Assembly (NCBI GenBank): GCA_964410675.1
Contig: CAYPIB010000001.1
Coordinates: 14,454 to 78,453, forward strand
Source of the DNA: an uncultured Roseburia sp.
GTDB lineage: Bacteria; Bacillota; Clostridia; Lachnospirales; Lachnospiraceae
Direction: 5' to 3'
Length of the DNA: 64,000 bases
The position numbers were made by a program, and so were the translations under genes. Of the stretch, positions 27,101-35,349 are shown in pieces. Below the pieces are notes generated by a model. That model saw nothing but the letters and a program-made list of their open reading frames with translations, made no database searches and was not told the origin of the DNA. How positions within the stretch are numbered: position 1 is the stretch's first letter; every line of letters starts with the position of its first letter.

Positions 27101-29212
27101 TTATATATTTATTTTATAGCATTCCTTACCGAGAAGTTCTTTTGTTCTTGCATCCGGTTGACCAAAACCAATATAAATAATTGCATTTTTACCATCTGCA
27201 CATTCTTCCCCATTTTCATTAATGGTATAAAACATCCGCGCCGGAATATTCATTAAAACATCTTTTTTATGACCGGATTTTACTGCAACTCTCTTAAATG
27301 ATGCTAATTTGTGATGTAACACTTCGTTTTTACTCTCTGTTACCTTTACATATATTTGTAACACTTCATGAGTATCTATATCGGTATCATTGCTAACCGA
27401 TATCTGCAATGCCGCTCCCTCTTTTGCTGCTTCCACGTAGCTTACTTCGTTAACCATTTTTACTTGATTGATTTGTAATTGCCCATATGTTAAGCCATAT
27501 CCAAACGGATACAACGGCGCCTTCTCAATATACTTATAAGTTCTCCCTTTCATACTGTAATCGGTAAACTCTGCCATCCCCTCTAAATCCTTATATATTG
27601 TAATTGGCAGCTTCCCACTTGGCTGCTGTTTGCCAAAAATTATTTCAGCAATTTGTTTGCCGCCTCTTCCTCCGGGATACCATGCTTGTAATATTCCGTT
27701 TGCATGTTCTGAGCTATAACATAAATCCATTGCACTTCCTGCCATAACACAAAGAATAAATGGAACTTTAGTCCGGACAATTGCTTCTAATAATCTAAGC
27801 TGCGAATCCGGAAATTGTAAATCAATTTTATCACCTGACGCATCTGAATTACCGGTATCTCCTTCTTCACCTTCTAATGTCTCATCAAGTCCTAAGCATA
27901 ATACAACTAAATCCGAATGATTCGCAATCGTAACTGCCTCAGACAGCCGATCATCCGGTCTTGCTAAATCTTCCTTTCTATTCTTATATAAGTGGCAGCC
28001 TTCGGAATACAATACTCTAATATCCTCTCCTGCCTCATCCAAAATACCGTCAAGTACGGTAATATATTTTGAAGACGTACCATAGTAATTTCCGATTAGT
28101 GCTCTGCGGCTGTTAGCATTTGGTCCGATTACGCCAATCCTTTTTACCTTTTCTCTATTTAGCGGCAGTATTCCATCATTTTTTAACATGACTATACTTT
28201 CACAGGCTGCTCTTTCTGCTAATTCTAAATGCTCCTTACACTCTACTTTCTCATATGGAATATGATCGAATTTAGTCTCATCAAACATTCCTAATACCAT
28301 CCGGGTCGTAAACAATCTAACTGCTGATTTTTTTATTGTCTCCTCTTTCACTAATCCTTCATTATAGGCACTTACTATTCTTTCATACGTACAGCCGCAA
28401 TTTAAATCACAGCCCATCTCCAATGCCAATTTCACCGATTCTTCCGGCCTGCTTGTTACCTTATGTTTTTCATGGAAATCTCTGATAGCCCAACAGTCTG
28501 AAACATAGTGGCCAATAAATTCCCACTTTCCTCTCAAAATCTCATTCATCAGCATCGGATGTGCACAGCAGGGATCACCGTTCGTCCGATTGTATGCTCC
28601 CATAACTGCTTCCACACCCCCATCCTTTACACACATTTCAAAGGCTGGTAAATAAGTTTCCCATAAATCCTTCAATGATGCCTCTGCATCAAAATAATGC
28701 CTCATTTCCTCCGGTCCTGAATGTACTGCAAAGTGTTTTGCACATGCCGCGGTTAGCATATATTCATCTTCACCTTGCAAGCCTTTGATAAATGCTACAC
28801 CTAACTTTCCGCTTAGATACGGATCCTCTCCATAAGTCTCATGTCCTCTTCCCCATCTTGGATCTCTAAAGATATTAACATTAGGCGACCACAATGTCAG
28901 ACCTTTATATATATCTCTGTCACCCTGTTTCGAAGCTTCATTATATTTTGCTCTTGCTTCTATAGCAACAGCCCTGCCTACTTGACTTAATAATTCTTCG
29001 TCAAATGTTGCTCCCAAACCGATTGCCTGCGGAAACACAGTCGCAGTACCTGCCCTTGCTACACCATGCAGTCCTTCATTCCACCAGTTATATTCAGGAA
29101 TGCCCAGCCTTTCAATTGCAGGTGCATCGAATTTAAGCTGCGAAGCCATTTCCTCAATTGTCATTTTTTCTACTAACTCCGTTGCTCTTTTGATTGCTTT
29201 TTTTCTATCCAT
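27101..29212 (-). CDS. Glycoside hydrolase family 3 (beta-xylosidase/beta-glucosidase type), cytoplasmic
   Basis: YNWWNEGLHGV, KHFAVHSGPE, a nucleophile region GHYVSDCWA, and a C-terminal Fn3-like domain. No signal peptide. Confidence 0.9.
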   Translation of the reverse strand: MDRKKAIKRATELVEKMTIEEMASQLKFDAPAIERLGIPEYNWWNEGLHGVARAGTATVFPQAIGLGATFDEELLSQVGRAVAIEARAKYNEASKQGDRDIYKGLTLWSPNVNIFRDPRWGRGHETYGEDPYLSGKLGVAFIKGLQGEDEYMLTAACAKHFAVHSGPEEMRHYFDAEASLKDLWETYLPAFEMCVKDGGVEAVMGAYNRTNGDPCCAHPMLMNEILRGKWEFIGHYVSDCWAIRDFHEKHKVTSRPEESVKLALEMGCDLNCGCTYERIVSAYNEGLVKEETIKKSAVRLFTTRMVLGMFDETKFDHIPYEKVECKEHLELAERAACESIVMLKNDGILPLNREKVKRIGVIGPNANSRRALIGNYYGTSSKYITVLDGILDEAGEDIRVLYSEGCHLYKNRKEDLARPDDRLSEAVTIANHSDLVVLCLGLDETLEGEEGDTGNSDASGDKIDLQFPDSQLRLLEAIVRTKVPFILCVMAGSAMDLCYSSEHANGILQAWYPGGRGGKQIAEIIFGKQQPSGKLPITIYKDLEGMAEFTDYSMKGRTYKYIEKAPLYPFGYGLTYGQLQINQVKMVNEVSYVEAAKEGAALQISVSNDTDIDTHEVLQIYVKVTESKNEVLHHKLASFKRVAVKSGHKKDVLMNIPARMFYTINENGEECADGKNAIIYIGFGQPDARTKELLGKECYKINI

Positions 29213-29340
29213 TTTGTATCCCTCTTTATGATTAAATATTTTAATATAAATAAACCATTTTAAATCTGAGCATGCTCTTCTTTTATTTTAAAATTGGTTT
29301 ATAATAATGATAGGCATTTTTCTGCATAAACTCATCTCAA

Positions 29341-29370
29341 ATATTGCTATAAACTTAACTAATATTGCTA
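29341..29370. promoter_or_regulatory. Pair of direct repeats ATATTGCTA-N12-ATATTGCTA in the divergent GH3/AraC intergenic region
   Basis: Exact 9-mers at 29341-29349 and 29362-29370, with 21-bp spacing, identical to the pair at 27018-27047. Confidence 0.6.
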
Positions 29371-29511
29371 ATATTTAAAATACATCTTTTGTTTTTTTTA
29401 AAAACTTTATAAAATTAGGATAGAAGGGAAATTCATAAAATATTCAAGGTATTCAATTATTCATATGTCACTATAAATTTTTTACTATTTGAGTTTAAGG
29501 GGGATTGTCAT

Positions 29512-30465
29512 ATGAGAAATATGAAAGAAAAATCAAGCGGAGAAACACCGATACTATACAGGCAGCCTTTTAATGACTTTCCAGGCAGAACTGTGATCGA
29601 CAATATTGAAAACGTCAATTTTATGAAAAAGTCTAAAATGCGTTTTTGGTACAATAATCAAACCGAAGAATATGGTACTCATTGGCATGATGCCATGGAA
29701 ATTATTATTCCAATAGAAGAATCCTATAATGTTAATATAAATGATAAACTATTTAACATTAAAGAAAATGAAATATTATTTATTCCTTGCGGTGCCACTC
29801 ATTCTATCTGCACCCATGAATTCGGGGCTAGATTTATTTACCTTATCGATGTTTCGTTATTTTACCAGCTTTCAGATTTTCAGATGCTGTCATCACTTTT
29901 CATGCAGCCATTTTCATTTTCTAAAAACTCGCACCCTTATATATATGATAAACTCTATTCAAGATTTATGAAAATGAATAAAATCTATTTTTCAGGAGAT
30001 ATCTTTTGGGAGTTTTCTATTTACTCACTTTTAATGGAAATATTTACAGCAATCGGAATCAGTCAATTTAAAAGTATCAATACGAATACCCAGCCTTCAA
30101 AGCAAGTGGAATATTATGAAAAATTTTCTAATTTATTATATTATATTGACACTCACTATAATGAAAATTTAACGTTAGAATATATGGCTGATTTAGCCGG
30201 ATTTTCTAAATTTCATTTTTCCCGATTGTTTAAGCAGTATACGAATTATACATTTTATGATTACCTTTGCTATAAGCGCATTCAAGCCTCACAAGCTTTA
30301 TTATCTACTCATATATCCATTACTGAAATCGCATTTCAAACCGGCTTTAATAACCTTTCAACATTTTGCAGAACATTTAAAAAATACGTTAATTGTTCTC
30401 CTACAGAATATCGAAATACCTCTGAGCAGCTGATGCAGGCAAATAATAATTTATGCGAATTGTAA
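29512..30465 (+). CDS. AraC-family transcriptional regulator (cupin sensor plus double HTH)
   Basis: N-terminal cupin-like region (WHDAMEIIIP). C-terminal LTLEYMADLAGFSKFHFSRLFKQYT .. ITEIAFQTGFNNLSTFCRTFKKY. Confidence 0.92.
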   Translation: MRNMKEKSSGETPILYRQPFNDFPGRTVIDNIENVNFMKKSKMRFWYNNQTEEYGTHWHDAMEIIIPIEESYNVNINDKLFNIKENEILFIPCGATHSICTHEFGARFIYLIDVSLFYQLSDFQMLSSLFMQPFSFSKNSHPYIYDKLYSRFMKMNKIYFSGDIFWEFSIYSLLMEIFTAIGISQFKSINTNTQPSKQVEYYEKFSNLLYYIDTHYNENLTLEYMADLAGFSKFHFSRLFKQYTNYTFYDYLCYKRIQASQALLSTHISITEIAFQTGFNNLSTFCRTFKKYVNCSPTEYRNTSEQLMQANNNLCEL

Positions 30466-30496
30466 CTTATATATTAAGTGGTTTGTGAAACTTATA

Positions 30497-30545
30497 AAGG
30501 ACTATCACACTTGTTAAAAATTTAGTGAGACAGTCCTTATTTTAT
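30497..30545. terminator. Hairpin between convergent araC-like and permease genes
   Basis: AAGGACTATCACAC .. GTGAGACAGTCCTT, followed by ATTTTAT. Confidence 0.55.
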
Positions 30546-30565
30546 ATCATTATTAAAATTTTGTA

Positions 30566-31408
30566 TTATCCTTTGACACTGCCGAGTGCTACACCTTCTA
30601 TGATGTATTTGGATAAGATTAAATATACGATAATTAATGGTAATACCGTTAATGTTAATCCTAAATAAACAGAACCATACTCTGTTTTATATATATCTCC
30701 GCGAAGCAGGCTGACCATAATCGGCATTGTATATTTATCTTTATTTGTCAGTAGTACTAAAGGAGTAAACAAGTTGTTCCAGCTTGAAACAAAACTAAAA
30801 ATAGCTTGTGTTGCAAGCGCAGGTTTTAAAATCGGAAGTGCAATTGTATTAAATATTCTAAACTCATTTGCACCATCTATTCTTGCAGAATGGACAACCT
30901 CTAATGATAAAGATGGCTGTATATACTGTCTCATAAAGAATACCATCGATGGAGAGGCGATTGCAGGCAAAATCAGCATCATTAAATTATTTGTCAGATG
31001 AACACGATATACCATTTGATAAAATCCTATCATGGTGATTTGTGCCGGGATCATCATAATAGCCATGACAAAGCTAAAAAATGGTCCTTTCAGCCTCCAT
31101 TCATAAACGACTAATGCATAAGCAGTTAAGGCAGAAAAATATACCGCACAAGCAGTTGAGCCTACTGATATAATGACTGAATTGGCAAATCCTACTATCG
31201 GATTAAAGCTCTTTCCAAGGAGAATTAATAAATTTTTGAGCGTATAACTTGAAGGGAGTAATGAAATAGCATGCTGTTGAATTTCTGTTGTCGATCTTGT
31301 GGCATTTACAATCATAATCCAAAATGGCAAAATGCTTAATATTGCTAAACATATACATACTATATATATGATTACTTTTATTAATTTAGTTGTTCTATTC
31401 TTTAACAA
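30566..31408 (-). CDS. Carbohydrate ABC transporter permease (MalG-like)
   Basis: Six TM segments and an EAA-like loop ARIDGANEFRIFNTIALPILKPA. The probable TTG start directly abuts the upstream stop codon. Confidence 0.9.
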   Translation of the reverse strand: MLKNRTTKLIKVIIYIVCICLAILSILPFWIMIVNATRSTTEIQQHAISLLPSSYTLKNLLILLGKSFNPIVGFANSVIISVGSTACAVYFSALTAYALVVYEWRLKGPFFSFVMAIMMIPAQITMIGFYQMVYRVHLTNNLMMLILPAIASPSMVFFMRQYIQPSLSLEVVHSARIDGANEFRIFNTIALPILKPALATQAIFSFVSSWNNLFTPLVLLTNKDKYTMPIMVSLLRGDIYKTEYGSVYLGLTLTVLPLIIVYLILSKYIIEGVALGSVKG

Positions 31409-32377
31409 TTACCTCCCCTCCCTTCTATATTTTCTCTGCATTTTTATATACCTTTTTAACTTCTCTTCCTCTTTATCCCTAAGTAAGAAAAACATAATTG
31501 CTGATAAAATAGCAATAACGACAAACATGATCATACTGGCTGCTGCTGCCCTATTATACATATAGCTGCCGCTAAAGGCTTGATTATAAATAAATACACT
31601 TGTTGTAAGGGTCGCATTATCCGGTCCCCCTAATAAGAATAATTTTGGAATATCAAACATATTTAAGCCGCCGATTAAGCTCGTAACAAGAGTAAAGAGC
31701 AAGATTGTTTTAATATTTGGTATCGTTATAAAGAAAAAAGTCTGAACTCTGTTTGCCCCATCTACCTCTGCTGATTCAAATATTTCCGGACTAATGCCAA
31801 GGACACCTGAAATAAGAATGATCATAGTGTAGCCATACCACATCCAAAATTGAATAAAAGCCACAATTCCTTGGGACAAGTCCTTATTTATTAAAAATTT
31901 TATTGGTTCATCTGTTATTCCAAATCTCATGAACAAATCATTGACCGGTCCCATTGGATATCCAAAGAGTGAATTAAATAGTATCGCTATTGTAGCTGCA
32001 GTAATAATATTGGGCATATAAAACAGAACTTTAAAGATTCCCTGTCCTTTTATCTTACTTCGTTTATCTGTAAACCACGCTGTCAGCAATAATGCTATTA
32101 CAATTTGAGGAATAAAGTTACTAATCCATATTTTTACTGTATTCCAAAGGGCCGTCTTAAAAGATGGGTTTACGAGAACATGCTTAAAGTTCTGAAACGG
32201 ATCCTCTAAAAAGTGAAACGATGTAGCTCCCAAACCTTTAAAGTCTGTAAATCCAATTACAGCTGTATATATAATTGGATACAGGGAAAAAATCAAAAAG
32301 GTAATTACAAAAGGAATACAGAATATGTAACCGTATTTCGCATATTTTGCATTTCCCAATTGTTTTTTACGTTTCAT
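31409..32377 (-). CDS. Carbohydrate ABC transporter permease (MalF-like)
   Basis: EAA loop AEVDGANRVQTFFFITIPNIK. The ATG at 32377 lies 8 nt after GGAGG. It has an unusual basic C-terminal tail. Confidence 0.9.
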   Translation of the reverse strand: MKRKKQLGNAKYAKYGYIFCIPFVITFLIFSLYPIIYTAVIGFTDFKGLGATSFHFLEDPFQNFKHVLVNPSFKTALWNTVKIWISNFIPQIVIALLLTAWFTDKRSKIKGQGIFKVLFYMPNIITAATIAILFNSLFGYPMGPVNDLFMRFGITDEPIKFLINKDLSQGIVAFIQFWMWYGYTMIILISGVLGISPEIFESAEVDGANRVQTFFFITIPNIKTILLFTLVTSLIGGLNMFDIPKLFLLGGPDNATLTTSVFIYNQAFSGSYMYNRAAAASMIMFVVIAILSAIMFFLLRDKEEEKLKRYIKMQRKYRREGR

Positions 32378-32421
32378 TGTATCCACCTCCGCTTTCCATT
32401 ATTTTATTTTTAGTACTTGAT

Positions 32422-32460
32422 TTAAAAAAGAGGCGGATATATTTAAGCTATTCCGCCTCT
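32422..32460 (-). terminator. Intra-operon hairpin plus T-run between the binding-protein and permease genes
   Basis: AGAGGCGGA .. TCCGCCTCT stem, followed on the minus strand by TTTTTT (plus-strand A-run 32424-32429). Confidence 0.7.
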
Positions 32461-32494
32461 TATATAAGACTTTAAAATATTAAATAATGATAAT

Positions 32495-33928
32495 CTACTC
32501 TACTACAATATCCAGATTATCCGTAACCTGTTGTTTGAAGTCTGCAATTGCCTGTTCACGGTCTTTATTTCCTGCTGTATATTCACGTACTTGCTCACGC
32601 CAAAACTTATTAATTGTCTCATCATATTGGGTTAAGTTTTTGCCGTTTGCAAATTGGTTAGCCGGAACAAATACATCAAACATATTCTGGCCGCCTAAGA
32701 ACTCAACACTACCATCAGATTTTGCCATTACTGTACCACTGCCGACACAGTCTTTTGTACCGCCTTCGCCGTTAAGCGTTCCGTTCGCCCACTTATATTG
32801 AAGCCCTTCTTCTGTATTATCTAAAGTAATCCATTCAATAATATCGCCAATTGCTTCCTTCTTTTCAGAATCTTTATTTGCCAGTAACCAAGTACCGCCC
32901 CAGAAGAAACCAACCGGTGATTCACAAACCGCCCAATCACCATATGTACCTTCACCAACTGCTTCACCACCACAGTTAGGTGCCAATGTATAGTTAATTA
33001 ACCATGCCGGACCAAAAAATCCAAATATTTCTTGGCTTCCTTCACCCTTCATGTCTGCAAACCATGCATCCTGCCAATCCTCTGTATCATTGTGGTAACC
33101 ATTGTCTTTTAATTCCTTTGATAAATCTAAGAAAGCCTCTCTCTTTGGATCAATCGTTAACTTTCCATCTTGGATCCATCCCTGACTGGAGCTATTTTCT
33201 ACTGCATGCCAGATATCCCCATCACCTGATACAATACCATAATTTTTTGCCTTCAGCTCTTCTGCCGCTTTGTAAAATTGATCCCATTCGCCTGAGCCTG
33301 AACCAATTTTTTTAGCAATTTCAGCCGGGTCATCAGTACCCCATACGTCTTTTGCAATAGAACGGCGGTAGATAAATGCTCCACCTGTTGCCTGATATCC
33401 CAGTCCTACTACATCTCCGCTTTCATTCGTTCCTATATCAACAGAGTATTGAGCAATTTCTGACTCCTTAATTGCTGTATCAATATCAATACCAAGATCT
33501 TTATATGGTGCGGCATAAGAAGAAGCATCACCCTTTGAATATTTAAGGATAAAAGCTGCCTCTGCACAATAAATGTCAGGTGCATCCTTTCCGCCTGCTG
33601 ATAATGCCTGATCAAGTGCCGGCTGATAAGCACCATCCGTTGTCGCAATAATAGTTGTATTAATTTCATAACCAAAATCAGGATGTGCTTCCTTATACTT
33701 CTCAATCATCTTTGGAACTTCATCTGTAAATGACCATAAATTAATGACTTCTTTCCCTTTTTTAGAAGTGTCATCCTGTTCTTCCGTTGTTGCATCTGTA
33801 GTTTCCTCTGTAGTACCCTCTTCCATACTAGGTTCTGTACTAACTGTGTTTTCTGTATTACCTCCACACCCCGCTAACGTTGAGGCTAAAAGGCACATAC
33901 ACAAAGCTCTTGCAATTAGTTTTCTCAT
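32495..33928 (-). CDS. Extracellular solute-binding lipoprotein of the sugar ABC transporter
   Basis: Lipobox LAGCGG followed by an acidic/Thr-rich linker. The size and Trp/Gly-rich pattern are typical of family-1 sugar SBPs. Confidence 0.88.
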   Translation of the reverse strand: MRKLIARALCMCLLASTLAGCGGNTENTVSTEPSMEEGTTEETTDATTEEQDDTSKKGKEVINLWSFTDEVPKMIEKYKEAHPDFGYEINTTIIATTDGAYQPALDQALSAGGKDAPDIYCAEAAFILKYSKGDASSYAAPYKDLGIDIDTAIKESEIAQYSVDIGTNESGDVVGLGYQATGGAFIYRRSIAKDVWGTDDPAEIAKKIGSGSGEWDQFYKAAEELKAKNYGIVSGDGDIWHAVENSSSQGWIQDGKLTIDPKREAFLDLSKELKDNGYHNDTEDWQDAWFADMKGEGSQEIFGFFGPAWLINYTLAPNCGGEAVGEGTYGDWAVCESPVGFFWGGTWLLANKDSEKKEAIGDIIEWITLDNTEEGLQYKWANGTLNGEGGTKDCVGSGTVMAKSDGSVEFLGGQNMFDVFVPANQFANGKNLTQYDETINKFWREQVREYTAGNKDREQAIADFKQQVTDNLDIVVE

Positions 33929-34044
33929 TTTTCTTCCTCCTTATTCTACTCTACTCAGTTGATAAACAGTTACCTAACACAGCAAAAATTTCCTTGCCTG
34001 CGATATTGTTATTTTATTATAACTATACCAAAGTTGCTTCCCAC

Positions 34045-34074
34045 TTATTGCTATTGTTTATACACTTTTTGCTA
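34045..34074. promoter_or_regulatory. Degenerate copy of the 21-bp-spaced repeat pair (TTATTGCTA-N12-TTTTTGCTA) upstream of the SBP gene
   Basis: 9-mers at 34045-34053 and 34066-34074 share the TTGCTA core and the 21-bp spacing of the two exact pairs. Confidence 0.45.
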
Positions 34075-34253
34075 ATAAGAAACTTTTTTCACACGAAACT
34101 TGGTTAATATTGTATAATATTTTTATAATTCAATTAATTTGTATTGCATTTATCCAAATATTTATTGTGTAAAATCACTTTTTTATACAAAAACTACAAG
34201 CGGCTTACATGGCAACTTTTGTATTATACACCATGCACGATAGGAGGAATATT

Positions 34254-34889
34254 ATGAATGATTTTTTCAATCCAGACAAACCTTTCAATCGTTATTTAGC
34301 GAAATTTTTTGATTTAATACTTTTAAATATCATTTTCTTAATAAGCTGTATTCCTGTTTTTACAATTGGAGCATCAATCACTGCATTATATTCTATTACA
34401 TTTAAAATGCTGAAAGATGAGGATTCTGATTTATTAAGAAGATATATAAAAGCATTTAAAATGAATATTAAACAGGCCACTATTTTATGGATTCCAATAC
34501 TTTTTATTTTTATATTCTTTTTGGCTGATTTATATATCATTTATGGGTTAATCAATCCTTCCTATAGAATACTTCAATATCCGGTTTGGTTTATTATTAT
34601 AATATTGCATTGCATCGCTATGTATATTTTTCCATTGTTATCATACTTTAATAGTAATAACAAGCTGTTAATAAAAAATGCCGTATTTATGAGCATCGGT
34701 CATTTTCCGACAACATTAATCTTCTTAATCGTTCATGTTGTAATTTTTAGTATGTGTATTTCCATTCCCAATTTTATAATTATTATTTTTAGTTTCGCAT
34801 TATTTTTTGGATTTTCTTCTCTTACATACGCTTACTCCTTTTTATTTCAGAATATCTTCAAAAAACATATGAATCAGCCTCTAACTTAA
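34254..34889 (+). CDS. YesL-family (DUF624) membrane protein
   Basis: MNDFFNPDKPFNRYLAKFFDLILLNIIFLISCIPVFTIGASITALY is the typical YesL N-terminus. The ATG at 34254 follows TAGGAGGAA. Confidence 0.85.
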   Translation: MNDFFNPDKPFNRYLAKFFDLILLNIIFLISCIPVFTIGASITALYSITFKMLKDEDSDLLRRYIKAFKMNIKQATILWIPILFIFIFFLADLYIIYGLINPSYRILQYPVWFIIIILHCIAMYIFPLLSYFNSNNKLLIKNAVFMSIGHFPTTLIFLIVHVVIFSMCISIPNFIIIIFSFALFFGFSSLTYAYSFLFQNIFKKHMNQPLT

Positions 34890-35349
34890 CAGCAAATTTA
34901 AATAGTCAATAATCCTGCAGATTCCGCTGCGCCCATATCACCGGATTGCTCCGGATGTATCGTATTTGCCTCCAGCTTCGCAGGATGCTTGTCTATATCA
35001 ATATCCTTTTCCTTTACATACGTTGATAATAATTCGGTATCTTCCTCTTTAACTACAGTATTATTCACTAAAGCTAAGCAAATAGAGGGCTCCTTTTTAC
35101 CTTCCACTTATGTTATCTTTGTATCATAATTTATAGATTTTTCTTATGCAACTGAATCTATGCTAAAATTGTTATTGAATTTAACAGTTATTGCTAGTTA
35201 AATACCTATTATAATTTATTTAAAATTCACATACAGGATAAATTGTCAAATTATTCATTTGTTATTCCTTTTTTATCACACAACTGTTATAATGTTATAT
35301 AACTTGATAGTTTATTAGGTAACTTGCTGATTTATGACGGGAGGCCATA

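Noticed and set aside
34898-35107. 69-aa minus-strand ORF between yesL and the GGDEF/EAL gene
   Set aside because: It has a GTG start with no SD and an in-frame stop immediately upstream. It might be a gene remnant (the C-terminal ..IHPEQSGDMGAAESAGLL looks protein-like), but I could not assign a family, so I did not call it.
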